The notes: generated by a model from the letters alone, not told the origin. Shown: positions 27,001-40,799, counted from the whole stretch's first letter. The stretch: DNA of 51,580 nt, filler included, from Streblomastix strix (GCA_008636045.1; 3 parts of 3 records of this genome joined end to end with filler, not necessarily neighbours in it); one strand, 5' to 3'. Numbers and translations: made by a program.

Positions 27001-28301
27001 GAATAATATTAAATAATTCATAATTATTAATAAAAGTTAATTAATCAAATTTTCTCATTATTTTATTCTTTGTTTTCTCTATTCAATATATTTCAGTTCC
27101 TTCTTCTCTAAGCACAATTACTTATTAATCTATAATCCCTGACATTTAACATGCAATATAAAAAGATAATAAAATAATAAGAACAGACAAAGGTCGCTAT
27201 TCCACTGTTACATTCAACCCTGTGATATCAAGTGGTATTGTCAGATTCGGAGGATTCTTTGAGAATTCATCAGATAACCCATTCTTCAGTATGTCTATAT
27301 GAATAATAGAGAATAGAATAATATTATTTTATTCGGATTAATTTTCATTATCTTTTATTTTCATCAACTTCATTCTCTTAATATAATATTTATTCATATT
27401 TCTGATTAGGCGTCGGAATAGCTGATTCATCTGCTATCTTTGGTTCAGATGAAGCTCCTTGGTCTGGTGAAAGTATGAATATAATAATTTTAATATAATG
27501 AATAAAATTAAGAATATAAATTATTATTATTAATTATTATTATTTCATTTAATCTTAATCTTTGATAGATAAAAAGAAGACTTTCTTCTATTTTAAAGAG
27601 TATGATTTTTGTATTTAAATATAAAAATATTTTTTATTAAATAAATATAAATTTCTTAATAATTATAATTAATTCTTCTCTTTCCTTCTCTCTAATTCTT
27701 ATTCAGCGGTAGTCTTGGACATATTGGAGATAATTATATTAAAGGAAATAGTCCAATTGAAGAAAATAAAACTGTTGCAATGGAAGTTAATATGAATATT
27801 ATACCACGTACATTAACATTCTTTTATGATAACTAAGAATAGCCAGTGTCTGTAACAGATATTCCTTCATCGATTAGATTCTACGTTCGCATGCAATTTA
27901 TTTATTTATATATTATTTATTTAAATATCAAATTATTCATATTATTTTATTTCATTAATTCATTAATTCATTCTATCTATTTCTATTCTTATATTTAATA
28001 AGATTTAAAAGCTACATTGAATTGAAGCTACTAGATTATAAATCATAACAAATTGAACTAAATTAAAAATAAACTATGTTTAATAGAATAATCAAAATTG
28101 AAATTAATATTCTTCTTTTTCACTCATTCANNNNNNNNNNTCAATCTATATATTTCTATTCTTATATTTATATTCATATAGATTTACCTTTATGATAATA
28201 ATTCCTCCTTTACAATCACTCAATTCGAGAATGTTTAATATTCATCAGCAAAAGGAGGAATTAAAGTATAAAGAATTTTTGAATGGGGAAAAAAATGGTG
28301 A
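24072..28301 (+). CDS. Multi-exon Ser/Thr protein kinase (NEK-like) with N-terminal SH3-like, coiled-coil and C-terminal SPRY/B30.2-like domains
   Basis: SH3-like [76 protein letters not shown]; ends FEWGKKW-TGA. About 11 AT-rich GT-AG introns. Confidence 0.88.
25165..25730. repeat. Intronic 18-bp minisatellite, degenerating rightwards
   Basis: Unit approximately tatactattattatcata, inside the ~1-kb intron between the kinase HRD and DFG exons. Confidence 0.85.
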
Positions 28302-28719
28302 AAATGAATGAGTGAAAAAGAAAAATATTTATTTGAATATTGATTATTCTATTAAAAATAGTTTATTTTTAATTTAGTTCAATTTGTTATGATTTATAAT
28401 CTAGTAGCTTCAATTCAATGTAGCTTTTAAATCTTATTAAATATATAAATCATAATTTTATAATTAAAAAATAAAACAATGCAATATTTTAATTTATTCG
28501 TAATAAAAATAATATAATTATTTATTTAATAAACAATTTGTGCTGAATTAGCTCAAGCACGCAAGTGATATTAAGAAAAGAATGAAGTTAGTATAGATGG
28601 ATTATCCGATGGGCTAATGAACTCAAAAGGTATATTCAATAAAGAGCTATATATTTAATACAATTACAAATCATTTCTATGACTTATAACAACAGAAAGA
28701 TAAAATCGACTAAGAATAT

Positions 28720-31700
28720 GAGTAAAAAAAAGCTAAACTCTATAAAGAATATATTAGTTTTGGATCAATATTCCAGAAAAAGTAATAAGTCTATATGCAC
28801 TAACAAACATTAGATGAATATCATTACTCTCATACAAGATCAAGTGCTGATAACAGTTATAAGACTCTACCTGATACTGTAGTTCGAGATAAACAGACTA
28901 ATGACTATTTAAAAAAGAAAGCTATGAATTTACTATCGGATTATTAAGACAGTCTTCATGAAGATTCATCAACATTAAAGGTAGCACTATTTTCGTTTTT
29001 GATTCTTGTTTATAGATTGACATTAAGCACAAAAATGGATAAAACATATTAGCACTTCAACGATGAAGAAATCACTAGAAATGTAGATTGCGAGTACAAA
29101 ATTTGTTAGGTTTTTGTTACATTATTTGCTTTGCACGCTGATATAATTGAGACAAAGAGTAGAATAAGCGAAGCAATTAAATTGTTCCTCTAGTATGATG
29201 ATATCAATCCAAGCTATAGATTAAATAAAGCTAATAAATAGCTACTCGAATAATATAGTGGTTTCAATTATGTAACTGATCATGAAAAATATCAACAGAT
29301 ATTCATGCTAAATGAAATAATTTATACATGTGATGAGATAAAGCATAAAATCAATAGTAGTGACGTTGAATTATTTAACAAATTTGAAGAGTATATTATT
29401 AATAAAGACTAACTAACTGATAATGTTCTACTAATTACATTGAAATTTGTTTATGAAATTCATGCTATGTAGATTAGTGAAATTAACAAAGTAAATAATG
29501 GAAAACTCTGCCCCTGCAATTTTTAGAAAATACTTAATACTAAGAACTAACATTATTAGCGTGATTTAGCTAGACATTTGATGTATTGATAGGGTCCTGA
29601 GACAGCTAAATAAGTTAAATTAGATCACTTACCAAAACCATACTATCCACATATATCACATAATAAGTTACTATAGAAATTATTTGCAACAGTCTAATCA
29701 GATATACTAACTCCTTCTGTAAATTACATTTCATTAAATTTTGAGATAGTAGAGAATATAATTAACGGAATAGATAACTTAATTGCTTAATTAGAACCAT
29801 TATCTGTAGCGTCAGCAGCAACAATAAATGACTAAATTACAACGTTATATTTTGATTTACGAAATGGAACTGAATTTATTGAATAATGGATAAGTTAATT
29901 GTTTGAAGTTGCTATAAAATTTAAGGAAGCCAATTAATCAAATATACCAGATGTCTAAATAGATTGTAAACTTTATGAACCAAATAAGCCACAAGTGTCT
30001 GCTATTGAATTCAATTCTAAGAAGTTTGATATAAATCTATTATTCAAACATTTATTTAAAAATAAAACTAAAATTTAATATATGAGATCAACAATTCAAG
30101 CAAAATAAACAATAATATCTCATTAAGATTATGATTTTGACTTGAGTTTTATTGATATATTGTCATTTATTCTACCAAATAATACATTAAAGTAATTGGT
30201 TGAGTAATTCAGATCTAAAAGAATAAAATTAACAAGTGGAATAATTACACTTAAGTCATTCAATTATGATAACTATAAATAAGTATTAGGATAAACATCA
30301 CCACTTGTTAAGTAAGACTTTTATGATAAACTTAATAATAGGAGTATTAATGATGAAGATTATGAACAGTATTGTAATGATTCAATCAATTTCACTGATA
30401 GATGAAAGTATTTAAAGCACTAAAATATCTGGGATGTTACATGTATGATTTATCCATTCGATCACCTTATTCAAATTACATGGGTTGAGAAAATTGATTA
30501 GTTAGATTGTAAATCAATAGCTCAAATTGCAAGTTAAATCAAATATAAGTACTGTTATGAAAAATTTGACATTAACACAAGCTATAATATTGTTAATGGT
30601 TTTGAAAAATTCGAAGTTACTTAATACTGGTGGAATAATAAAATCAAAGGATATATCAATCAAAATGAATATGGGAAATTATTTGCACAATTCAAAAATT
30701 TATATGAAGTGGATAATTATTCTATTCAATATTAAAATTATAATATAAAATTTATTTATGATATATTTATTATAAATTAAATCGATAATATAGTATTCTG
30801 CGTCAAAATAATTTTTTTACAAAAAACTAAATTCAGTTGCGCCTCTTTATGTATTTTATTAAATAATCATCTAATTTTTAATATAATAATATATATTATT
30901 AACATTTTATAAAATTATATTAAATAAATGATTATGCAAAAAAAAATAATTTTTTTTAAATTAATTTTCACTTGCCGAAGACGAACTATTATATAGTTTG
31001 ATAAAATAAATTTTTTTAAATTTAACAAATTTATTTTTATTTTTATTATTAAATCTCAAAGTTATCTACCCTTGAATCCTACAAATAATTACCCATATAC
31101 AAAAAGAGATATAACTAATAATGTTAATGAGCATGATATTGATTGGATTTGGGATAAGGTGGTTAGTGAAATATGTCATCTCCGCAACAACAAATTCACA
31201 AAAAAACCTAAATAAGATAGAATTGATAATTTAATTGGCCATATTAATTAGAATTGTTAACTCTCATGTTAAATATGTAATACACTTAAAGCTAATAAAA
31301 ATAATAATATTAATAAATTAAAGAATTAATTAATGAAATATGCTATTTATGAACATCTTCCTATGATAATAAGCAATAAATTTGTATGTAATATGATAAA
31401 GGTATTTATATAATGTGGATTATCTAATATATATCATTATTTTAATTAAAATGCATTCATACATGTTAACTAGTTTAGGTATAGTAATATAACTTTAACA
31501 ATAACATCTTATGATACTTTGCATGGAATTATTCATATATTTAAATTAGATTTAAACTCTCTTTACCCAAATGCATTTTGAGGAATATTCAACAAAAATA
31601 ATCTTTATACAAATCATCGAATATATAAATCAGGTGGTATAACTAGTTATTTCAAATGTATCTCTAAATAATTCAAAACAGAAAGTAAGAGATATGTTTA

Positions 31701-31865
31701 TGAGTAATGGTAGATTCAATGATAAGTGGTAACTATTCTGTGTCAAAATTAATGATGAAATTGATGAAAAACTAATTAACCCACACATTAATTTAGCATT
31801 TATTTAAAGAAAATTAATATATAACAATGCAATTGAATAGATAGGAGAACATATGTGCAATACGA
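28720..31865 (+). pseudogene. polB: Protein-primed PolB, second lineage, MITE-interrupted and 3'-truncated
   Basis: PKPYYPHI, LNFEIVE (ExoI remnant), EFNSKKFD (ExoII), HNH-like DRIDNLIGHINQNCQLSCQICN, GLSNI, LDLNSLYP. Many substitutions and stops. Confidence 0.8.
30673..31094. mobile_element. 422-bp non-autonomous DNA transposon (MITE) with imperfect 23-bp TIRs and ATAT TSD
   Basis: Left gggaaattatttgcacaattcaa versus right (reverse complement) gggtaattatttgtaggattcaa. ATAT at 30669-30672 and 31095-31098. Removing it restores the in-frame YINQNEY-TKRDITNN of PolB. Confidence 0.8.
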
Positions 31866-31869
31866 TCAA

Positions 31870-34364
31870 ATCATAAATATGTTATTCGTCGATTTGTCCT
31901 TTAACAACAGCGATAAATAGCGGTATTCCTTCGACATCTTAAAATCTATTTGGATAACAAATAAAATTTCTTGCAGTTTATTTACCAATAATTTTATCTA
32001 ATATTTCTTCATGCATATATAAACGGTTATCCGTATATTTAATGAACTTATGCAGCTCTGAGGATGTAACTGACGGATATTTACTGTTGAAATAAATATA
32101 TAAAAGATGAATCGTTACATATTAGGTGTCCATTCTAATGACTTTGCTGTATAAAAATTTTAATTAATTTATTTATGTTTCACCAAAAATATTTTATCTA
32201 TGAATAACTTATGATATTCCACCAGTGATCCAAGAACGCAAAATCTTGAAAGCTTCTTCATCAGTTGTTGTCATTGTAAACGACTACTAGGGACAGAAAT
32301 TTTTTAGTTGGATTATCAAAAAATGTTAAATTTTCTTCTTTATTTGACTAAAATTTAATACAGAATGAGCAGAATTGTTTCATATTATCTGTATAATATC
32401 GTAAATCTTTGCTAATTCTGAATTGTGTTGGAGGATTGTTTTTTATGATTCGTGCCTAACATATATGGCATCATGTTGATAGAAATAATTTTCAGTTGAA
32501 TACACAATACGGTTCTTTAAAGTTGTTGCTTGTATCTCTATTTCTTTTTTTATCTTATTACAGATAATTCTAAACTTTAATGTTCAAAAAATTTTATGTA
32601 AGTACGAATGATGCATATTCATAATTTGGCGAATAATATTAATCCAGTTTGAAATCGCTATAAACAATGGCATATTTGATAGTATAGGCACATGCAGGCA
32701 TCGACATAAGCAACAATATGTCTATTTCATAATTGAAGAACATATCAATTAAATAATTTAATAGCTGAATCATTAAGCGAGTATCTTCAAGGTTATAGTG
32801 TCGAAGGTAATCCCACCGGTTTGAAAATTACTAAGCAACAGATAAATAATTTTAATATTTTTCTTGATTTATATTTTTATTTTTAATTGTGCTATTAAAC
32901 TCTTCAATCGGAAATGGTTCTGATTTATCGAGTTCTTAAACATAATTATCGTAGTTGATGAATTCATACGAAAATTTTTACTTCGAAGGAATTGGCTAAG
33001 TTGTTCTATGCGTAAGTTATTTTATAAGTTATTTCAATTTCATTTTTGTACAATAAATCATCGTATCAATGAACCGCAATTTGATTCCTGTTATGTTATA
33101 TTTAACGATGATTTATTTTGCGTTTGAACCACTACTAAGATATTTAATGATTTGCCATTCATCGCTCTATAAATTTTTAAGAATTTGGACTACTTCGAAC
33201 TTTGATGAATTGAACCCAATTACTGGTACCTCGTAATGCTGTGGTATCGTCTGCTCTTCATATTTGTTTGAATTGATAACTTTTCTGGATTGCTTAAACT
33301 ATTATTTAATCCATACATTAATAAAGTTACGGGTTCGTAAATCAAAATAAATCGAATAAATTTATTCAACAGAACCGTTATTTGAACCATCAAAGACTTT
33401 ATTTTTTATTTTTATTGTGCTTGCAATCGAAAGGGGTTCAAGAATTGAAATTTATTTTGAATTATCACCAAATTATTCATTGACAATTTTTTCCACAGTT
33501 TCAATATCATATGTTGTATAATATTTTGTAGGTTTGAATTCATCCTCTCGATCATGTGCCAAAAGATACTTATAGCTAACATTATTCAATATATGTGGAA
33601 TGCATGGCCATGGAAATCTTTCTAAATATACTTTTTTTTATTATCTTTCCTCCATTTTTTTTAATATTTTTATATGTGCCTTTTTAGCTTAGATTATAAA
33701 TTTGAATCTCTTGTCTTGTAAGACTGCACTCCACAAATAGGACAATATTTTAAACCAGTTGGTGCATCAACATCATTAATATAAAAAACGTGAGCTGTTT
33801 GTTGTTGGTTGATTGTGTCGGTTATTAAAAGTTTATTAAATTCTTTTGTTTATTCGTTTTACTCATTTCTTCTATATTATTTCCATAGATAATAACTGCC
33901 TTAATTAGCTACCGTTGATGTTGCCGTTGTTTCTTCATAAGCAAGCACATTAATATTTAAATTTTCATTCTAAAAAAATTAATCTGCTTCTGTTGTAAAA
34001 TTAAACCATCAATAATTGTCATCAATTTTCTTGCCATAGATTCTTTAAAATAATCGTTTTGCTTCTGCAATATGCGATTGTTCCTTATAACGCTTTGAAG
34101 CAAAAGCAGAACCGTCAGCAGCAACTTCAGCATTAATTTCTGGCATCATAATAAATGAATACGCCAGAAAGAAACATAAATTTTAATTATTTTTTTTCAA
34201 GGTCAATTAATCTTATTTCACGCCTCATAATATGCTTCTTTAATGATGGTATTATTCGACCACCAGCGCCTGCATGTGGTAGTCTGAATACTTGAATCAT
34301 TATGGAAAATATACCTACTATTTTCTCTTTGGTGTCCATAATAGTTTTCTCATACATTTGAATA
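31870..34364 (-). pseudogene. polB: Protein-primed PolB fragment, close relative of the contig-3 copy
   Basis: Collinear with about 34710-37200: NLCFFLAY, AHVFYI, TYDIETVE, GFNSSKF, HNH-like insert, GITGG. Frameshifted. Confidence 0.88.
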
Positions 34365-34464
34365 NNNNNNNNNNNNNNNNNNNNNNNNNNNNNNNNNNNN
34401 NNNNNNNNTTAATTAATTAANNNNNNNNNNNNNNNNNNNNNNNNNNNNNNNNNNNNNNNNNNNN
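34365..34464. other. Artificial contig-join linker
   Basis: N-run, TTAATTAATTAA, N-run. Confidence 0.95.
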
Positions 34465-37400
34465 ATAAAAATATTCATTTAAACGATGAAGCATTTAAAA
34501 AATCATTGAATGGAGAATAAATTTAAGTTCAAAATATTATTCTTGGTTAAAGAAATAAATGAATGTCAAAAATATAAATAAATATAGTTGGTTTATCATC
34601 GATTCATAATAAAATGGTTGTGCTTGAAAATTAATGCTGTGCTTCATTCCTATTTATAAACGGATAGCAATTGAGTTCAGATACTTATATAATCGAGAGA
34701 TGAATATTTATGGATTTGGCATGTGGCCTTTAACAACTGCGATAAATAGCGGAATTCCTTCAACGTCATTAAATCGCAGAGGATTATAAACTAAATTTCT
34801 TGCTGTTTATTTATCAGTAATTTTATCCAATATTTACCCCGCCACGTATACTCTACCTCCCGCACTTCGTGAGCTTCGCATACATTTAATGAACTTATGC
34901 GCTTCTGAGCTCATAACGCTGGGATATTATCAGTTGAAATCTAGTGTTAAAAGATGGGTCATTGTGAGGTCTGAGTCTTAGCTGATGACCTTTCCATTAA
35001 TATATTTTAATTAATTTATTTTAGTTTCACCTGCTACATTATAGTGATGCATGACTTACGATAAACCGCCAGTGATTCCAGAACGTAAAATTTAATATAT
35101 TTCTTCATCGGTTATTGTCATAGGTAGCGACTTCAATAAAAAAGAAATTTTTTAATTATATTACTAATCTTGTTAAATTTTCATCTTTATTTGACTTAAA
35201 TTTATTGCAGAATAAGCAGCAAGGTTTTACATTATCTGCAGAATGGCCCCTTTCGTTGTTGATTCTATCTAATGTTGGTGGAATTTTGCTTGTGAAACAT
35301 GCCTTGCATATGTGGCATCCTGTCGATAAGAATAATTTTCTGTAAAACGCACAATCCGATTCTTTGATGCTGTTGCTTGTGTCTCTATTTCTTTTCTTAT
35401 CTTATTCCAGATAATTTTAAACTTTAATGTTCCAATAATTTTATGTCAAAGTAAACGGGGCATAATCATCTTTTGGCGTATAATCTTAATTCAGTTTGAA
35501 GTCCCAATAAGCAAAAGCATATTTGATAGCATTGGCGCATGCTAACATCGACATAAACTACAACATGTCAATTTTATAATTGAAGAATATATCAATTAAG
35601 TAATCAAGGGGCTCAATCATTAAGCACGTATCCTAGAAGTTATAGTGTCGAACGTAATCCCATCTGTTCGAAAATTATTGAGCAATAGATAAATAATTTT
35701 GATACTTATTAGTGTTGCTGTTTTTATTTTTAATTGAATTTCTGAATACTTCTTAGGGAAATGGTTCTGATTTATCGAGCTCTTAAACATAATTATCGTA
35801 GTTGATGAATTCATATGGAAATTTTAATTTGGTTGGAATTTCTGATGCTGTCTTTGGTGTGAAATCATTTATGAATTATTTTAATTTTATTTTTGTAGAA
35901 TAAATCATCGCATCGATGAATCTCAATTTAATTCCTGAAATTTTATGCTTAACAATGATTTATTTGGCGTTAGAACCACTACCAAGATATTTAATGACTT
36001 GCCACTCGTCGCTCTATAAATTTTTAAGAATTAGAGCGACATCGAACTTTGAAGAATTGAACCCAATTACTGGAACCTCATAATGCTATGGTATTGTCTC
36101 ATCTTCATATTTGTTTGAATCAATAACTTTCCTTGCTTCCTTAGACAACTATTTCATCGATACATTAATAAAATTAGGAGTTCGAATGTCAAAATAAATA
36201 GAATAAATTTAATCAATGGAACCGTTATTTGAACTATTAATGACTTTCTTTTTTTTTATTTTTATTGAACTTACAATCGAAAGAGGTTCAAGAATTGAAA
36301 TTTATGTTGAATTATCACCGAATTTTTCATTTATGATTCTTTCAACGGTTTCAATATCATATGTTATAAAATATTTAGTAGGTTTAAATTCATCTTCTCG
36401 ACCAAACGCCAAAAGATACATATAGCTAACATTATTCAATATATGTGGAACGTATGGCCTTGGAAAATTTTCTAAATATACTTTCTATATCATCTTTTCT
36501 CCATTTTTTTAACATTTTTAAATGTGCCTTTTAAGCTTTGATTACAAATTTGAATCTCTGGTCTTATAAGCCTGCACACCACAAATAGGACAATATTTTA
36601 AACCCGTCAGTGCTTCAACATCATTTATATAAAATACGTGAGCTGTTTGCAGTTCGTTGATTGTATCAGTAATTAAAAGAACATTAAATTCTTTAGTTTA
36701 TTCGTTTTGTTCGTTTCTTCTGTATTGCTTCCATAGATAATAACTTCCAGAATTAACTGGTGCTGTCGTTGATGTTGCCGTTGTTTCTTCATAAGCGAAC
36801 ACATTTATATTTTAATTTTCATTCTAAATAAATTAATCTGCCTCTGTTGCGAAATTAAACTCTTAATAATTTTCATCTATTTTCTTACCATAGATTCTTT
36901 AAAATAATCGTTTAGCTTCGGCAATACGTGAATGTTCTTTAAAGCCCTTGGCCGTCACTAAACCCTCTACCTTAATATCTGGCATCGTAATAAATGAATA
37001 TGTTAGAAAGAAACATAAATTTTAATTATTCTTCTCAGAGTCAATATATAGAATCTCACGCCTCATAATGTGCTTCTTTAATGATGGTATTGTTCGACCG
37101 CCTCCAGCGCCTGCATGTGGAAGTCTGAATACTTGAATCATTATTGAAAATATACCAACTATTTTCTCTTTGGTGTCCATGATGGTTTTCTCTTATATTT
37201 GAATTATGTGGTTTCTAATGATTCTTTTATAATCCGATAGATTCATTTGGTTGCGTATGGTTGTCGGTGCTCTCATCTCTGTTCTAGCTTCAAGGGGATG
37301 ATTAATTTTATACGTTATTTATTAATCGTTTTCTTAGCCTTCAACTCGTTCAATAATCACTCCAAAATCAAATGCAATTTTGAATGCAAATTTTTATTCT

Positions 37401-38600
37401 CGCTAATATATTTCATCTAAATATGCATCAACATCTTCAATCGTTTTCAAATCATTTTTGTAATATTCTTTTGTGGAACTGATTGTATGAACGTTGAATG
37501 GTTCATATTTGACGTATTAATTTTATATATGTTTTCGCTCAAAATTTATTCTTCTTTCATATTCTTATTCGAGTTGTGGCTCACATAACATAATCGTGCT
37601 CTATAGGACGTTAAGAGCATCAATTGGCTTAAAAATCTTGCCCTCATTTTCTTCATTAAATTATTTTATTTCATCTTTAACATTTTAAACACAACATCAT
37701 TTTATTTTTATTCATGATTTATTTTTTATTCTTTAATTTCTTTTAATAAATTTGCATGTCTCACTCGTTAATCTTCCATAACTTGCTCCCATTATTAACT
37801 GTGCTGTTGGCTCTATTCGTCTTAAGCGTTCATTTGCTATTTGTTATTCTATACTTGCATAAATTATTTAGCATAAGCATCACCGATAATTTATTCGTTT
37901 TGAAGGCCTTATTGAATGTCTTATCTGATGCGTCTTGCAAATGGTTCTGATTATAATATTGCATTTCTAACTATATCTCTATTGTTTCTACCGTGATTTA
38001 AACCGATTTTATCTAAAATCTATGAAAATTAAGACCTTAATTCGTTAATGTTTATTTTCTATTATATTTCAGGGTCATATAAAATCATTAATTCTCTTAT
38101 AATATTTTGAGTTAATTTTTTAGGCCTTAAATCCAATTGATAATCCTCCCTGAGTCTAACGACTTCGTGAGCTTCACCTTGTTCGGGTTGCGGTTCATGT
38201 GATAATTCAGGAGAGCCTTCGGCTGGTCCCGAAGGGGCTGGTTAATAATTCCGTGCTTGTATTTATGTAATATAGTCCTACATTTATATTAATAATTATT
38301 ATCGTTGTTCCATTTATAATTCAGGTGATAACTAATAATTACGTGCTTGCATTTACGAAATACAGTCCTGCATTAATATCTATTGTTATTATTCTGTTTA
38401 TAATAATGGCACTGGCTAATAATCGCGTGCTTGCGCCAATCCTATATAGTCTTACATTTAAGTCATTTATTATTATGTTTATCTGGGCGATTGATGAAGT
38501 GGTTAATTTAATGGTCATAGCTCTGGTAATTCTTGAGTCATTAACGGAGGCACAATCGGAGGCACAATCGGAGGTGTGCATCGTCTTTATGAGTTTTACC
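34465..38600 (-). pseudogene. polB: Protein-primed PolB with long N-terminal extension (3'-partial)
   Basis: FKIAFDFGVII, NLCFFLTY...AHVFYI, CPIC..H..KC, ITYDIET (ExoI), IGFNSSKFD (ExoII), YNFQD (ExoIII), CHIC..TLDRINNERGHSADNVKPCCLFCN, GITGGLS, LDFN*QYPS (TGA at 34930-34932). Frameshift near 37690 links it to an upstream Gln-rich region. Confidence 0.9.
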
Positions 38601-38704
38601 CCTATTTATTTGCTATTTATTAAAAATAAAAATAAAAATTAATTATATTAACAAATTGAATTGGGTTTGGTGAATTGAGTAGAAACATTAACGAATTTTA
38701 TGAA

Positions 38705-38845
38705 TTTGGCACGAAGAAATGGCTTCGTTAATGAATGACTTTTGACTGGACCGAGTGGATTTGGTAGATTGAGTCAAAAACTTTTATAAAAAGCTGTGGC
38801 CAACTGGACAACTGGCCAATAAATGAGAAAAATAAATAAAAATAA
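38705..38845 (+). repeat. Conserved intergenic element, copy A
   Basis: ttggcacg..ttaatgaatgacttttgactggaccgagtgga..gagtcaaaaacttttataaaaagctgtggccaactgg..gagaaaa. Confidence 0.9.
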
Positions 38846-38859
38846 ATCTACTAAATCAT

Positions 38860-39953
38860 TGATTATTTTAAACGAACTTGTATTTAGCTAAATCGAAACC
38901 TCCTATTTATTGTTATTTCTATGTTAGAGTTTGACCATTATATTACATAACGAGCGTAAGAGCTTATCCAATCTTATTATTAATCTGTTAATCAGAAATA
39001 TATAGTTGAGCAATAGCGGTAGGCAATTCTTTCTTATACAATCTTTTAGCAAGTGATAAATATTCAAATTATCCTTATTATACATTTACTTTATTGCTTC
39101 TGTTATATATGTCTATTTTTCCGTCTTATTATTCTAATATTTCTACAGCTGGAGTAATAAATACTGAATTCCAAGCAGATTCCATTATTTGTTGTTTGGT
39201 AGCCATTGGCAATTATGCGCCTCCATTAGCGTTTATGAATTTTTTGGCTTCAACGGTGAATGCTCTGAAACAATGCTGCTTTATCGCTCTCTCTTTATGT
39301 GGCTTAGTCATTGATAGCCATTTCATGTAAGGGCAACCTTTTATTCCTTATTATTTAAATTTTGCAGCCAATGCAGCTCGTTCTAAATCATTAACATCTG
39401 AATAATATTTTTTCTTCCAATTTCTTTTATGTTAATGTTCTGGGTCGCCAAATCCCACTGTTGTTGTATAACCATCGACTGAATAAATTGCGTTCTTTTT
39501 TTTATCAAAAACAACCACATTATCAGGAGTGGCTTCATTATCATCTAAATCCTATTCCAATACATTAAATCGTTTGCCTAAATGTTTATCATCAATATAT
39601 TTTTTGGCACTGACGGCTGACGATAATCTAATAATTTTCTTAATGTCTCTGTTCAAATAACCGACAAGTGTAGCAAGGACATCGCTTGCTTCTTATCTAA
39701 ATTATGGGCCTGCATGCTTTCTTGTTGTTTGAATCATTGATGGATGGAAAGGCAGCCTATCAAACGGTTTTGCTCGTGATTTCATTTTGTCCTATCTATT
39801 AGCTTGTGATTCATATTAATCATAATCATCCTCCATTCCTTCAACTTCCATCAAACCTTAACCACCTGCACCACCTGAGCCTTATCAGCTTTTTTCCGTT
39901 TCAAATTCTTATTTTGCTTCTTTTTAAAATGCATTGAAATCAAATTCCGACAT
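38860..39953 (-). pseudogene. Hypothetical viral protein (possible virion core protein)
   Basis: MSEFDFNAFQKEAKQEF/..GSGGAGGQG..DLDDNEATPDNVVV..IYSVDGY..; frameshifts; 3' end uncertain. Confidence 0.5.
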
Positions 39954-39993
39954 TCTATTTCTTATCGATAAAAAAAAGTTTTATATAATAAAA

Positions 39994-40781
39994 ATGACGA
40001 GTTTAACATAAAAAGTTGATAATATGCTAAAAGAAATAAAAGTGAATAAGCACGAAATTTAAATTATTATTCATAAAGAGTTAAATTTTACATATAACTC
40101 TGTAAATTTATTGATAGGTTAGCGTGGCAGTGGTAAGACGTACAACGTCTTCAAAGAGTTAATAAAATTATGTTAATTAAAAAAACATTGTTGTACACTA
40201 TTCATATATGTCAGCGATTTAAATAATGACACCACTTATAAAAAGATGAAGGATTTAATTAAAATACCAACTAAAATTATTTCATATGTCGAAGCGGATT
40301 AAGTGCTGAATGATTTTATTGAATGTAAATAGGCATATGATGAAATTTAAGAAAAATAATTATAAAAAGAGCTAACTGAAGAATCAAAGAATGAAATATT
40401 AACCAATGTGTTTTGAGCTAGTGCAGAAGGTAATTTTAAAGTCAAATTTCCCCATACGATTGTTTTATTTGACGATGCAATGAGTATATTTAAAAATAAA
40501 ATAATTCACTATTTAAAAAGCTATTTAAGAACAGATAGCCCAGAATGACATACTTTCTTTGCTTACAGGACATTATTGGTTTAGATACTGCGATTAAATC
40601 AAATCTAGATTCATTGTGGTTCTTCGGTTCATTTAACAGATTAAAATTTAATTAATTTTTTTATTAATCTTCTATACCATCAGATAAAGAAACAATATAG
40701 TATGAGTATGTGCGTCTAACTAAATAATATGCATTAGTGGTATAATACGAAATGAGAGGAACAGTTGTCAAAATAATCTGA
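39994..40781 (+). pseudogene. A32-like (FtsK/HerA) genome-packaging ATPase
   Basis: Walker A LLIGQRGSGKT, Walker B IVLFDD, KNRQ..TYFLCLQ..IKSN. One TGA near 40414 and one frameshift near 40500. Confidence 0.9.
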
Positions 40782-40799
40782 AATAGTTAATAGACTTTT

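Noticed and set aside
27989..28447. ~140-bp inverted repeat around the last kinase exon
   Set aside because: It abuts a 10-N gap and duplicates the 3' flank inside an intron. Most likely an amplification fold-back chimera or misassembly.
681..34932. TGA recoding (Trp or Sec) in viral genes
   Set aside because: Internal TGAs fall where different residues are expected (Gly, Ser, Trp), co-occur with frameshifts, and TGA ends intact genes. This is ordinary decay.
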